Shown: in pieces, positions 35,063 through 48,411 of the stretch
How positions within the stretch are numbered: position 1 is the first letter of the stretch
Layout: every line of letters begins with the position of its first letter
Origin: Botryllus schlosseri
Taxonomy: Eukaryota
Reading direction: 5' to 3'
NCBI GenBank assembly: GCA_051294905.1
Contig: CM119371.1
Coordinates: 7,194,001-7,258,000, forward strand
Length of the DNA stretch: 64,000 nt
Made by a program: the position numbers and the translations under genes
Notes under the pieces: generated by a model
Databases searched by the model: none
The model's input: the letters and a program-made list of their open reading frames with translations, nothing else
Told to the model about the DNA's origin: nothing

Positions 35063-37841
35063 AAAGAGCGGGAGAGCGGGATTGATAGAATATTCATCGG
35101 TCAGCCGTGCAAATCAGCACCGTTAAAGAGGAATTGAATGAGTTGGGGGAAGATATAATAGTTTGTTCATTTCAAAATTGAGCAGTGAGCTTATATCAGG
35201 AAATCGCAACATCGTTTTTGATTCAAAATCACAAACTTATACAATAAAATTTAGGCGATCTACCGTATAAAGTTTGATCTAAAATTCTAATATCGTTGTG
35301 CACGGTATCGAGATAATATGATTCAAAATTACCGTAATGCAACGCCTCAGTTATTTGCGCGGCGATCCCACGAAATCAGCTGTGTTTCCGCGGGAACCAA
35401 ATTGAAGCGGCAAACACCATTCAACCACAGAGTTTTATAAACACAGATGAGCTAATGGTTCGACTTACATCTTACCATCATATTCGATCAACTTCTACTC
35501 TGAACTCAATAATGATAGTTATAATATTCATTTAGTGAATGATTGTAGGAAGTGGCACGCACACAAAGCGAAGATACTAATATCTGATGCTGATTGATCA
35601 ACCGGGTCGGTTACGCTTTAGTGACTCAGAAATCGAGGATCGAAAGCGAGAAGCGGAAGGGGAAAGATGGCGAATATGTCTTGCAGTTTTACTATGATGC
35701 GAATTTCTTATCCTCGCTGCACAGGGCAATAGTTGTACGCTTTAGAATATGATCCCTGTTCATCCTGTTAAGGGATGCGTTATGAACGCATTCTATTCTC
35801 GCTGGCCTATACCGGTTACGATATTTGCTCTATTGTTTCTGACGGTCGGACGCCATATTGGATATTACGTTACGTGAAGAAATTGAAGGTGAGACGATAA
35901 TGCACTCATAAGTGTATTTTGCATGCTTCTAATTTGCCTTTTCAAATTTGCATGCTTGAGTTAGAGTCATTGAGTCAGATTTGTTCGGTTGAATTATATA
36001 GTTGATACTGCAATTCAATGTCATTTTCTAGTATGAAACCATGCTGGTATATCCAGTATGGAATTGGTGTCGGAAGCACACTTGATTGGTCGTCTGGCAG
36101 GCTGAATATCACTATCATGAAAATTCGACTGGTTTACCAAGTCACTGTAAAAGCTATAAATTATATCTGCTCCAGCCATCCATAGCAGTCACCACAGACC
36201 TTGGTAATGTATATATCGTCATTTCTGCATGAGAGTGTGGGCATCGTGCTATTATATTTCATGTGTATGAATGCGAGTGCGCGCGATAAAATTATAAAAC
36301 ATAAATTGAAATTATATGTACGGTATTGAAATTATTTAGCCTAAGCAATAAATATGTTGGCAAGGAAAGGAAAGGACGTAGTTTATTTTTGTCCTTGATG
36401 TTTTTGCGGTATATACACCGACTCATGATACACATACACGCGATCTGCGCATATGCATACCATGAGTACATGACAGCCAAAAGATAAAACATCTTGATCC
36501 GGACATGCTCTAGGTAAGAGTGATGCTTTCAAACTTACCATCATTAAAAAGAATGGTTAGTGCCTGTGGTACAGTTTGAGTTGAAGGGGCACTGCTCTCT
36601 AAATATGACGTGGTCTCAAATTAATCAGTACAAAAATTTCATTCGCATCAGCTATTCCGTACAGAAAGCCACTGTAAAGAAATTGTAGCTAAAAGATAAT
36701 TATCTCCATTTCACACTAGCTGCCTAAATCAATGTACTTTATTGTATCGAGGTTGCTTTGTTTTTATTGCTTCACCTGTTGCAAAAATGTTTGAGTTTCG
36801 GTTCCACACATTCAATCTCCTAATGAAATTTTAATTCCGGTTCAGTGCATATTTCAAAATTTGACTACTTTGCTTTGTAGAAAGCTGTTTCGACTTATGT
36901 ATCTGAAGACGAAGTAAGCGAGATCAACGCGGTTCGAAATATCCAGGTTGATAGAATGAAGCGGGCGTTGATATCCCGAGGAGACAAAATGCTGTAATGT
37001 TATGGGTATGTTCTTCTCTTTCTGTTATCTATGTATTTGTTCCAATAAAGCTGTTGATTTTGAGAGAAGCCGTGATCTCTTCAAATATTTGTACCAAGTA
37101 GTTAATCTCTATCTATTAATTGCCTCTCATGATATATCGTATTCATTAGTCATGCTTAAATTGCATGACAATCGAAATCAGGCCATGCCTCAATACGTGC
37201 ACCGTTTTTTATCTAAAGAAATACGTGCATATGAAGCGACACGTCGATGCACTCTTCGATATGCTGTGTCTTGTAATGAGTTATTGCTCATCTGCATGTA
37301 TCAAGTGATGAACTTTGACTCAATAAGATATTTTGTGATTGTGTTACAGCATCTCCAAATCTAGACCGGATTGTTTCTATACCTACCATTCTGCATGAAA
37401 GATAATATGTTGATCAGGTACGTCAAATAATCTTTGTTTTTTTTTTGATAAGGTTTACATTTGATTCTGATGGAATATAATTTAGAGAAGTGTTTTGCAA
37501 CTTTTTTACCTCACGGAGCGGTAAAACATTGAAACAAATTTGCATGGGAATGAATCACCATTGACATTCTATTGCCGCAACCGCAACCAATGGAATAAGT
37601 TCAATGTTGATTACTAAAATAGGTCTCCACTTTCACCTGGCTGCCAAATCAGCATATATGTATTTTGGCTGGAAATTGGGGCTATTCCGTTACTTTCGTC
37701 GTTTGGCAGGTTTACTTATGGTGAGCGATACGACAACTTTTTGCGTCAATACTATATTCATATTGTGTCTGAAAAAAGCAATGCCTGGTCCATGCCTGAT
37801 CATACCCTAGGCCTATATTTCATAAGCTGAATACTATATAG

Positions 37842-38736
37842 CAGTGGTCGGGAACCTCTGGCTCTTTTGGGTATAAGATATGGCTCTTTACCAAATATTT
37901 ATTTTTGTATTGAATTGATCAATTTTGCAACGAGTTGTTGGTAAATTTTAATCACGGCCAAAATAATTATTCTCGTGGCAGTACAAGTCTTTGAGAGGTA
38001 AGGACAATGTCGTGTTCATGTTTGAGGGCTCGGACCCCCTCTTTTCAAAATCATCAAATTTAAGTAACTGTCACGCCGGTGGCCAATATCACTCGCGCCT
38101 TCTATGTACCCGACTCGAAATCTTGAATTGCGCGATACGTTAAGTAATGAAAGAGCATAGCAGACACGGCGGCGCCCATTTCAAAACTCAGTTTTCAAAT
38201 ACGCATTGTCTTCCGGATCTACGTCACGAAATGAACTGTTGAGAATGTGACAATTAAAAATTCGAATTACAAACAACGCCATAGCTATCCACGTTCTTGA
38301 TCGGTAAGTATAGCTCTGTGTAGTCGCGGCGATAAAATGTATACGTGTAACGCAACTTTATGTTGACGTCGAATACTTTGAGAAGTCAATAAGTATTTAG
38401 ATTTTCGTAATCAGTGTGACAGTCACATTCGATTAATATCAGTTGTAAAAAATTCCAAGCTACATATGAATTGCGTTATCAAGGGTGAGGCTTGGCCCGT
38501 CTGTTCTATACCTCTCGTTTCGACCTTCCTTTCCGAACAATAAATACCAGATTTTACTGAGAAAATATGGCGCACACGAGGAATCCCATGCAGTGAGCTC
38601 GAATTAGTGCTACCATGACGTCTTGAATTTTCAATTGTGACGTAACAGTTGATTGACATGTATAGCTCTTTGTTGGTTGGGATGGAAAAAAATAGGGCCA
38701 AAATGTCTCTTCGGACAAAAAGGTTCCCGACCACTG
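37842..38736. mobile_element. Charlie-type hAT MITE
   Basis: 16-bp TIR cagtggtcgggaacct; perfect TSD ctatatag at 37834-37841 and 38737-38744. Confidence 0.93.
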
Positions 38737-39115
38737 CTATATAGGCTAGGCTAGGCTAGTCTAGTCGATATGTATGTTTGCGTGTATATGTTTGACCTTT
38801 TTTCTTTTTTGTTATATTAACAGACACCCAAGTATGGACCCTGTCATCTGCTTCAATATGGCGAATGAAGAGCGGGCAGTCAGTTTTGAAGCGGAACACA
38901 TGACACAAATACACATCATTCATGAGGTATTAGCAGTGATGATATCAATTCATTGAGTATTCAACATGCTATTTTTTACCCAAAATTATAAAATCTCCGA
39001 CTTTCATGTCAATTAATTTTCATAAGCCGTGATTTGCTCGGTATTGATTAGTCATCAAAATCAGATATGGCACCCATTTGAAACCTCCTTAGCAAACAAA
39101 GCACTTGCTCTATAG

Positions 39116-39527
39116 CAGGGGTGGCCAACCTTTTCAGCCAAATGGCCACATGAAATTGACGAACCGTTGCACGGGCCACTTGAATGTTGATGTCATTTTT
39201 TTCATTGTCCGATAGGAGCAAACCAGATTAGGTAATGGTAGTAATAGATCCTATAATCAAAATCAATAACAATTTGCCATGTGCTAGCTATTGACGTAGC
39301 CAGGAGCCAGACACGTTTTCGTAGATTTTATTTGTTAGTATATGACCATAAAGTAGAATATTTCGCAGCGGATTTATTTGACTTGGAATTTTTCTTAGCC
39401 CTTTGCGCGATTTATGGTCACTTGATTTCTTGCCCCTAATTTACAGAAACGAGTTCAACTATAGTGACACGTGCAATGGTTTGTTGGATTATTGTGGCCC
39501 TCTGGCCGAAAAGGCTGGTCGCCCCTG
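39116..39527. mobile_element. Charlie-type hAT MITE
   Basis: caggggtggccaacctttt..aaaaggctggtcgcccctg; TSD ctctatag/aactatag; related end at 59994. Confidence 0.8.
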
Positions 39528-40546
39528 AACTATAGTAATTGAAAGATTACAGCAATGTCACTAGCTAATAAACTAGCTCCCTGCAGTAACTAACTCCTGA
39601 CTTCAATATTGTATTTTTTACAGAATCTCAGATGGTCGCTACCGGCCGTTTTTCATGAAGAGTATTGCCACTTCCTATTCATTGATCAGGTACGACGCTC
39701 GTCAATGTTATTAGCCTATGAATCGATTATCAACTCCACTATGTAAATTATGCACCATTGGTATTTTATTGCCGCAACTAATATAATTCGTTCAATGTTG
39801 GCGACTAAGAAAAGATCGCCACTTTCACCTGGCTGCCAAATCTGCATATTTTATTCCAGCTGTACCAAGTTTAATTTTTTTTCCAAAATCCGTTGTTGCT
39901 CTGATATTTTGACTGACTCTCCATTTATGTGTCACAAATACATTGACCGCAACCAATGTGATCAAAGTTATGTTGTCATCAACTAGTAAACTTTTGCTCC
40001 CCGCAGTACCCAATTTTATTATTGTATTTCTAGATTGGATGGTCGCACTTCGCAGTACCCGCCGTTTTTCACCAAAAGTATGACCACTTCCTATTGATTG
40101 ATCGGGTACGAAGTTCATCAATGTTAAATTAGCATGTGAATCTATTATCAATTATCCTATGTAAATTACGCAGCATTGATATTTTTTGCCGCAACTAACA
40201 TAATTAGCAATGTTGGTGACAAAAAAAGATTGCAACTTTCACCTGGCTGCATAATCTGCTTAGTTTATTCCAGCGATTCCCAAACTGTGTGTCGCGGATT
40301 TTGAACAAAAAACATGGTATAATATTGAATATAAGCAAAATGTTCACACAAACCTGACACTCAGGGTTCTTACCATCCCTTTATTCACGTTATTCTGTTG
40401 ATATAAGCTCTGAAAGTTTTACTAGTAATGAAGCGAAACTGCCTCGTGATTTTCCGAATTTAAAAAAATACAAATTAGGTTATCAACTATTTTGAGGCTT
40501 CGCGAACCCCCTGAAAATGCTTTGCGGACCCCCGGTTGGTAATAAT

Positions 40547-41588
40547 TAGGGCCATTTAAAGTCATTAAAATCATATTTTTTTCTATGCATCAGTAAGTCG
40601 TGAAATCAATTTTAACGCGAAAACCACGTCCCTATGGGGTATATTAAGAAAGTTATAAAGTCATATTTTCCTGGTTAGGTCATATTTGAGTTATAAAGTC
40701 ATATTGTTGTATACTTTAAATAAAAAGTGCCAATTTAGGCGGTGAAGCAATTAAGCCCTAAGAAAGTAGGGCAATTTCTGATTGAACGAAGGCAAGCTGT
40801 AAGGTTAGCCTACATCACATTACAGTCACAGACCTATGAGGTCACACATTGCATTATGAGGTCACACATTGCATTGTGTTGCTACACAATCTGTTTTACT
40901 TCTGTGCACTGAAGTAGGACGTCATTTGAAGTTCAGTCAGTGGGTAGGCAGGCTTAAAAGCTCTATCCTGGTCTAGTTATATACAAATACATTTGGATTT
41001 GAATAAAATAGTATTTACGATGGGCACCACGATAATAAATAATTGAAGAATTAGTCACCGAAATATGCCTCCACTACAACAATATTTCAAACTTGATACT
41101 GAAAATGGAAAGTTGTACGTACACCATCAGAGAGGCTAATGCTGATCTAAATGCCCTCGATTTCAGAAAAGATCCGCTTGAGCTCAAAAATTACATTAAG
41201 AAGCGAGTGGACAAAAACGATGTGAAACAAATTATGGAGCCACAAAGGCAAGACATTTCACCAGCGCTGTATGCAAAACTGCAGAAGTGTCAACCCACAT
41301 CAGCGTCTGTGGAGCGCTCATTTTCCTTACTAAAGTCATTTTACGTCCAAATTGTCACTTTAAAGACTCCAACATTCCACACAACATGAAACTGTACTAC
41401 AACAGTGGTTTAAAATAAAAATGGGTGCGTATTACTGCTATGTTGTGTATGTTTTACTCGTCAGTTCCATGAGTGACGTTGGTTTCATGTAAAAATACAC
41501 TATTTTCACATAAAGTCATATAAAGTCATATTTTCCATAAAATAAAGTCATATAATTGATTTTTTAAGGTCATATAAAAATGGCCCTA
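40547..41588 (+). mobile_element. hAT deletion derivative retaining the transposase dimerization motif
   Basis: TIR tagggccattt; perfect TSD gtaataat at 40539-40546 and 41589-41596; ORF 41093-41389 contains CQPTSASVERSFSLLK. Confidence 0.92.
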
Positions 41589-41596
41589 GTAATAAT

Positions 41597-41865
41597 ACAT
41601 CTTACTTCGAAAGGGCAACTTGACTCGAGTCACTTGAGACGTAATGATGCATCTTACTTCGAAAAGGCAACTTGACTCGAGTCACTTGAGACGTAATGAT
41701 ACATCTTACTTCGAAAAGGCAACTTGACTTGAATTCTGACTTGACTCGAGTCACTTGAGACATATTCATACATCTTGCTTCGAAAAGGCAACTTGACTTG
41801 AATTCTGACTTGACTCGAGTCAAAATGACTCGTCACTCGAAGGTAGTGGCTTGATCCCAACACTG
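41597..41865 (-). repeat. Tandemly amplified end of a CAGTGTTGGGAT MITE (about 54-69 bp x4)
   Basis: catcttacttcgaaaaggcaacttgact repeated four times, ending in atcccaacactg. Confidence 0.8.
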
Positions 41866-41939
41866 CTGATAGCTAGAAGTATGTGTGTGTGTGATGTGCT
41901 GTGTAGATTTGTCCTAATTCTTTTTTGATATAATAACAG

Positions 41940-42209
41940 ACACCCAAACACGGAAATGGATACCCTGTCATTTGTTTTGATACGACGAATGAAGAGTGGA
42001 CAGTCGGTTTTGAAGGGCAACGCATGACACAAATACGCAGCTTTCATCAGGCATTGGCGGTGATGATATCAATTCATTGGGTCTTCAACATGACATTTTC
42101 ACCCAAGATTGAAAGATCTCTCACTTTCATGTCGATTTTTCTCGCTCGCGTGCCTAATTTAAAGGCCAGTTATGCTGTTCGCACCAAACTTCGCGAGATT
42201 AGTGACTAA
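41940..42209 (+). pseudogene. Terminal exon of an EnSpm accessory (SAMD3-like C-terminal domain) gene; degenerate duplicate at 38824-39010
   Basis: After a taacag acceptor, an open 89-codon frame TPKHGNGYPVICFD..VGFEGQRM..SFHQALAVMISIHWVFNMTFSPKIERSLTFMSIFL..*; upstream exon LPAVFHEEYCHFLFIDQ then gtacg at about 39625-39688. Confidence 0.65.
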
Positions 42210-45045
42210 TTGGCGAATGAGTTGCCTGAAATAATGACGATGTTTGGTAATTTATGTCAGCATGCGAGGCATAATGAACACTTCAATAAACATCGCAAAA
42301 ACCGATATGGTATATAAGAGTGCAGCAGGAATGGGCGTTTGACAAAGATATGGGTTGGTATTGGTAACCGGAGATTGAGCGTTTGATGAAGATTTTCGGG
42401 TAGGATATAGGTTGTTATGCCTTGGATTTACTTTTGTAAATAATATCCCAAGGTTGATATATCCGGATAGGTAAGGGTTATATCCGGATAGGGGTGGTTA
42501 GACCAGTCTACCCTGTGGCGTGGTTGAACCAGTCTACCCTGTGGCGTGGTTTGACTAGTCTACCCTGTGGCGTGGGTAGACCAGTCCACCCTACCCTTCT
42601 GATCATGGGGTGGCATTTTGAACCACCTCTAGGGGTGTGCCCAGTTTTTACAGTGTGATGAAACTGCCATATGAGCAACTAGGCAATCCGAAATTGCTCA
42701 CATGAACCACGCAAACTGCAACATCAACTTTATTGACTGAGACTTTAGTGGAAAGATATTGGTCACCCCATATATTCGAGCAAAGCACGAGAAAACGTCT
42801 GGGCTCTCCGCAAAAGTAGCCCTTGAAATTCTCCGTCTGGGTCATTCTATTAACTCTTATTGGGGGAACATAATACTTCTACTTGACAAACTGTAGGTAA
42901 GTCACGAAACATGACAAAGTAGAATTAAAAGTAGCGGAAAATTTGATTTTGGGCCTACTTCAGTAAATGCTGCAAGTACTGCAAAACGTAGAAGAACTTC
43001 GTTAGTGACCACATCTGTGCAGACTTGGACAACTAGATCAATCTAGTGTTCTAATTCTAATGTGATTTTCCTGAAAAGGATGAACGAGAACTGTATTGCA
43101 TGAAACGATCCAGGCTTGTTGTACAGACAGTTGGCTTTCGTGCTTATGAGATGAACTCTAATTTGATATGAACTGAACTTCATTCAATGTCCAAGTTTTC
43201 GCAAATTCAGTAATTCCAATCTAATTTGGAAAACACTTTTACTGTTTATTTACAATTATAATTGTAATCGAGTTGATGTCACAATTTGCTCTGAATTGCC
43301 CCAAAAAATCTGACCCCCTTTCATTGCAGAGTCCCCCTCGTTCGGGATCGATTTCCGGTCCGACATCCAACTGGTTAAAGGCCGGCCCACCAGGGTGGGT
43401 GGGGTGATACAACAGATAGTGCCCAGGTCCCACCGTTGGTCTGAGTGTTTACAGGAAAAGTCAGTAGATCCCGATGTAAAGAGGTGGGTGACGAATGTGT
43501 CTGGAGGTCGAGGTTATGGTGATTCGACGTTGCTGTTTCCTGAGCAGATATGGTCAAAGTATTTATCATTGGTACTCAAACAGAAGGATAAGCAGTGTCG
43601 TAAATTTTTATTCAGGTAGGCTTACAAATAGTAGAAATTTCCAAATAAGTAAAAACATAAAGTATTGTGGGCCTAGTTGTAAGTGGAAGTAGTTTCAGGT
43701 CTGGTAGATCTTTTTGCGAAATCCCGGGATTTCAATGAAGTTAATTCTGGAATCGGGATCAGAATATAACTTGAAATCCTGTGATTCCAATGCTAGTATG
43801 GACTGACCCCCTACTATTTTACAGGTCAAAGAGGACGGTAATCAACCCAGTCCTGCGCGACATTCCAGAGCGAGTAAGAATGTGGCGGCTCATTCGAACG
43901 AAGAAGTCGTAGAATTCAAACCCCGGACCCCCTCCCTGGTTCACAGGTTGTCACAGCGACGGAATCAGACGACGACAAAAATTCAAATTTGTCGAGGGAG
44001 AACTCATTACGAAAAGCGCTCCCTTCATCATGCCGATATCTAGTGACAGGGCGAATCGCACTGCGGGCCCCAATTTATAATCCGAGTCGGACCCAAAAAT
44101 CAAACAGTTGAACCAAAAAGGCGGAGACGATCCAGACAGACTTGGGCAATTGGATAATTTCAGTTGTCTGTTTTGCCTACTTAGAGCGAAATGCCATTAA
44201 TCTGATTATAATCTAATTTTGGGAATGTTCCACTCTACTTTCCGGTTTTTCTGTAAAGGCTATAGAATAACTGTGTAGTTGGAAACAAGCCAAGCTTGGG
44301 ATACATACATTTGTCATTCTCTTGCTCGTGAGAACGTACGATGATTTGACATGAACTGCCAGGCCTAAACCTACCGTATTGCAGTGACTTAAAAGGAGAT
44401 TGAGGCCGAGTGGTGGGTCATGGCATATATGCAAAATGGTAATTAGGCCACGGCTATGAAAATTACAAAAAGCATTGCTTTTCGCAGATATGTTAATCCT
44501 GACTATTCCCAAAGCCAAAATACGGTCTCTTTCTTGACTTAGGAATAACAGCAATTTAGATTCCACATTCTAACACTTAATATGTACAAATGATTGTACA
44601 GAAGTGTTGCTTATTTTTCTCTAGTTACTACAGCTAGTTTGACATTTTCCTCTGCCTTTGTATTTTGAATAATATTGGGTTGTTGTTTACTGAACCTGAG
44701 TCTTTGGAAAAACGGGTATCTATAAATATATAAATACTAAATTTAAGACACGATTGTGTTCAGGTTAGGTTTCGAATTCAATGTCCCTCTGCCTTTGTCC
44801 TATCTGTTGCTTACAACTGCGTAAGAGTTCTGCGAAATGAATCGGACACAAATGGGTTTGTTACTTGTCTACTGTTTTTAAAAATAAACTGTATTGAAAG
44901 CATGGATGGGTGCAAATAATAATTTTAGTACCCAAAAGGTGTGATGCCTTGAAATACGCCCTGCGCTATGGAGTAAATTGCGAAAACACACCATCTTCGT
45001 TTACAGTGCGTGATGCTGTGAAGTGATGCAGTTTTTTCTATGCAG

Positions 45046-45490
45046 GGACGTGAAGCAGCAATTGAACACATTTGACTGTGGCATTCACGTAATAGCAAAT
45101 GCCTATTGCGTGTCTAACAATTTACCCTTGTCTGAAGATTTTCCGTCGGGATGGTGCCGAGTGTGGGTGGACCACTTAGCAAAGAGTCGGCGACCGTCAC
45201 CTGAGAACCGATTCACATTGAGTGACACAGCCCGATCAAAATGCGCTTCTGTATTGGAAAATTGGTCTACGATATCAGACAGTGATATGCCATACAAAGA
45301 ACTAGCTGATTCCTCATCTGCCATTGCCGTCACGGATAAATCAAGATGGGGTAATTGCGACAGCAGCATATGTCAAGGTAGTAAACACGACGATCAGCAG
45401 ATAATGTGTGTCGAATGTCGGAAATGGTTTCACAAAGTCTTGTCTCGCCGATGAAGATGTTAACGACTGCTTAGCTGCAAAACTTGAATC
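45046..45490 (+). pseudogene. Ulp1/C48 peptidase catalytic-Cys region plus PHD-like finger; frameshifted, probably TE-derived
   Basis: QQLNTFDCGIHVIANA (QxNxxDCG motif); C..C..IMCVECRKWFHK, with a frameshift restoring SCL; preceded by a ttttctatgcag acceptor. Confidence 0.7.
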
Positions 45491-45829
45491 GTGAACTTTT
45501 ACCTTTTACTCTGTGTTTTGCCATGACTGTAAATATTATCATCGTTTCATTTGTCGTTTTCGTTGATGAAGTGTCATGTGTTAGCTAATGAGGAGTAGTC
45601 AAGCGAAGCAGGGGTGGAATGTTAAAGCTATAGTGAAAACACCGCGACATTGAGACCAGGCATGGGGTGATTAGATTACTTAATGAACGAAATCGATTGC
45701 GATATACGATTACTTCTTAATTACGATTGCAGCAAAATCTGGAAGTAGTCGATTGCGATTACGATTGCATTGGAAAAGTAATCACGATTACTCCCGATTA
45801 CATTTAGCAGATAGTAATCACGATTACAT

Positions 45830-46850
45830 TTAGCAGATTATGTCAGTATCAAAGTCATATTCGCCTCAAACTGGTATGGTTAAATTTTTCGCTGCTTCGG
45901 CTACGCTCCGTTTTCCGCTAATTTGGTTCCGCAGCGAACAGATTTTGTCAGTATCATTCGCCTCAAACTCGTATGGTTAACGTTTCCGCTGATTTAGATT
46001 CCGCAGCAAGCAGATTATATCAGTAGGCTATTAAAGTCCTCTCTATAATCGATGGTCAATCTTCCGTCAAATTTGCCTCAAACTCGTATGATTAACTTTT
46101 CCGCTGCCTCGGCTACGATCTGCTTTCCGCTGATTTAGATTCCGCATCCAGCAGATTATGTCAGTATCGAAGTCCTCTCTTTAATCGATGGTCATTCTTC
46201 CGTTAAATTTGCCTCAAACTCGTATGGTTGACTTTTCCGCTGTTTCCGCAGCTTCGGCTACGCTCCGTTTTTCGCTGATTTGGATTCCGCAGCCAGCAGA
46301 TTATGTCAGTATCAAAGTCATATTCGATTCAAACTGGTATGGTTAAATTTCCGCTGTGTCCGCTGCTTCGGCTACGCTCCGTTTTCCGCTGATTTAGATT
46401 CCGCAGCAAGCAGATTATATCAGTATTAAAGTCCTCTCTTTAATCGATGGTCAATCTTCCGTCATATTCGCCTCAAACCGGTATGGTTAACTTTTCCGCT
46501 GTGTCTGCTGCTTCGGCTACGCTCCGTTTTCGGCTAATTTAGATTCCGCAGCGAACAGATTATGTCAGTATCAATTATCAAAGTCCTCTCTTTAATCGAT
46601 GGTCAATCTTCCGTCAAATTTGCCTCAAACTGGTATGGTTAACTTTCCGCTGCTTCGGCTACGCTCCGTCTTCTGATTTAGATTCCGCAGCAAGGAGATT
46701 ACAGCAGTATTGAAGTCCTCTCTTTTATCGACGGTCAATCTTCCGTCAAATTTGCCTCAAACTCGTATGGTTAACTTTTCCGCTGCTTCAACTACGCTCC
46801 GTTTTCCGCTGATTTGGATTCCGCAGCCAGCAGATTATGTCAGTACCAAA
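45830..46850. repeat. Modular minisatellite, about 8 units of 75-150 bp
   Basis: Recurring cagattatgtcagtat, gcctcaaactcgtatggttaa, ttcggctacgctccg and gattccgcagc modules. Confidence 0.9.
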
Positions 46851-47742
46851 TACTGCGTTTCCATGCACGGCCGATGGGCCCATTTTCGAGAGATTGGGCC
46901 GACGAACGAGAGAATTATGTTGCGCATTTACAGATTGCACACCCACGTCGGCCGACTCGTCGGCCATCGAGTGAATCCTTCGGCTTAGCCCTTCGGCCAT
47001 ACTTGCGCTGTGTCTTGGTTTAGGGAATTGGTATTCGCTACTTACAATACACTTTTCGTATCAAATTAACTATGGCTGCACTCCGGACGGATCTTGGACG
47101 CCTTGCAAAACCTGGAATTTAATTACGATTGCAATGGAATTTAGTAGTACCGGAACTGCTACGAATTACCCGTAGGCTACCGAAATCTTCGCGATCTTAT
47201 CACATACGCTGCTGCCACAATTCGAGGGTTTGTGTTCTGGTGCATGGGTACAATACAAACTATACCGTTTGACCACAAACTAGGTGAACTTATTCACATT
47301 CCCCTTGTAAGCAAATCATCAACGGGACACTGGAAGTTCATGTCTGAATCACGACGACGAAACAGTAGTACCGGTAGACTACTGGACAAGTTACTATCCT
47401 GCGGTCGAAATTATTGGACCACGATATCCTATATCTATATCCCCCACATACTAAGATATGTCACCAATTTTCATCTTTTTTCCATTTTATTTTATCTTCT
47501 GTTCATCATGACCATTTTACATGTTGGATGGATTAAGGCTTTGTTTTCACGGGGAGCGTGCATTCTCACGGCCAGCGAATGTCGTTGTTTATTTCTTTGC
47601 TTCACGCCTCGCTGGAGATTTCCGTTGACTCGCTCGTTCTCGCTCACTTTTTCACGTTCCCGCACGGTCCTGGCGCGTTTCGAGAACGTATCGCAACGAG
47701 AAATTTGCGAGCGTTGCTAGACAAGCAGACCTCTAGACCGCT

Positions 47743-47895
47743 ATGGAAGTGGAATATAGTTGCGAACATTGCTGGAATGAATACCAGGAGAAAGTATTGG
47801 TGCTAGTAGCTGCGTATGTTTATTGTAAACATAAAAAAAGACAGAAGAGGAGATTCTGGGTTGGTGAAGATCTTCGAACCAGGGAACAAAAAGGT
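47743..47895 (+). pseudogene. Possible PIF/Harbinger transposase N-terminal fragment
   Basis: Hydrophobic stretch then KKRQKRRFWVGEDLRTREQKG, resembling the RRxWV..R..G start of HARBI1-type nucleases; no DDE core visible. Confidence 0.4.
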
Positions 47896-48411
47896 ATATC
47901 TAAATTGTTGACCTTACCGGTACTTTTTCGTTGTTGCATCGGCAATGATTGTCAACTGAAATCATTCCGATATGGAATTCTATTATGGGCTTCGCAATGA
48001 TGCTGGTCAATATTGCTAAATGATCTGCTACAAACAAATAATATTAGAAAAATATGTAAAATATTGCCCACAATCTATAAATGTGCATTAATTTGTATAA
48101 TATACCGGTAATATATAAATTAGCGTTGGTGGCCAATTTCCTGTGAAATCTTACACAAAAAACGTGTTGACCAGTGTATCTTTATCATATTGACAATGAT
48201 TGTATCCATATCCGGTCCGCCTAATGGAGAAGTGGCAAGGCCCCCGTTCTAGAAGTCCACCGCATAACTAACAGGTCGACAACTTGATAGATTCCCAATT
48301 CCATGCTTTCAATACAGTTTATTTTTACAAACAGTAGACAAGTGACAAACCAATTATGTCTGATTCATTTCGTAGAAAATATGAGAATTTAGTTACAGAT
48401 AGGACAGAGAC

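Larger units (their letters stand above)
34435..42655 (+). mobile_element. 8.2-kb CACTG EnSpm/CMC element, non-autonomous, with decayed accessory gene and nested MITEs
   Basis: Perfect 11-bp TIR CACTGTAAAAA; 2-bp TSD TG at 34433-34434 and 42656-42657; ggggtg/ccaccc subterminal repeats; flanks rejoin to match the empty site gtttactgtcatgaaactgcc at about 6641. Confidence 0.92.
24090..44905 (+). repeat. Left arm of the inverted duplication (KLHL1 plus unit copy B)
   Basis: Ends at aaaataaactgtattgaaagcatgg (44905), whose reverse complement starts at 48301; upstream flank matches reverse 57090-57240. Confidence 0.88.

Noticed and set aside
44213..44566. QERDRILALGIVRIN ORFs (also 48904-49254) as a gene family
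   Set aside because: Similarity comes from the segmental duplication; frames diverge between copies and the splice signals lie on the opposite strand
45830..46850. CRISPR-like repeat array
   Set aside because: Sequences between the recurring motifs are themselves repeated, not unique spacers; no cas genes; eukaryotic context
47232..47720. 162-aa ORF in the palindrome spacer
   Set aside because: Non-ATG start, no domain motif, composition typical of random AT-rich sequence
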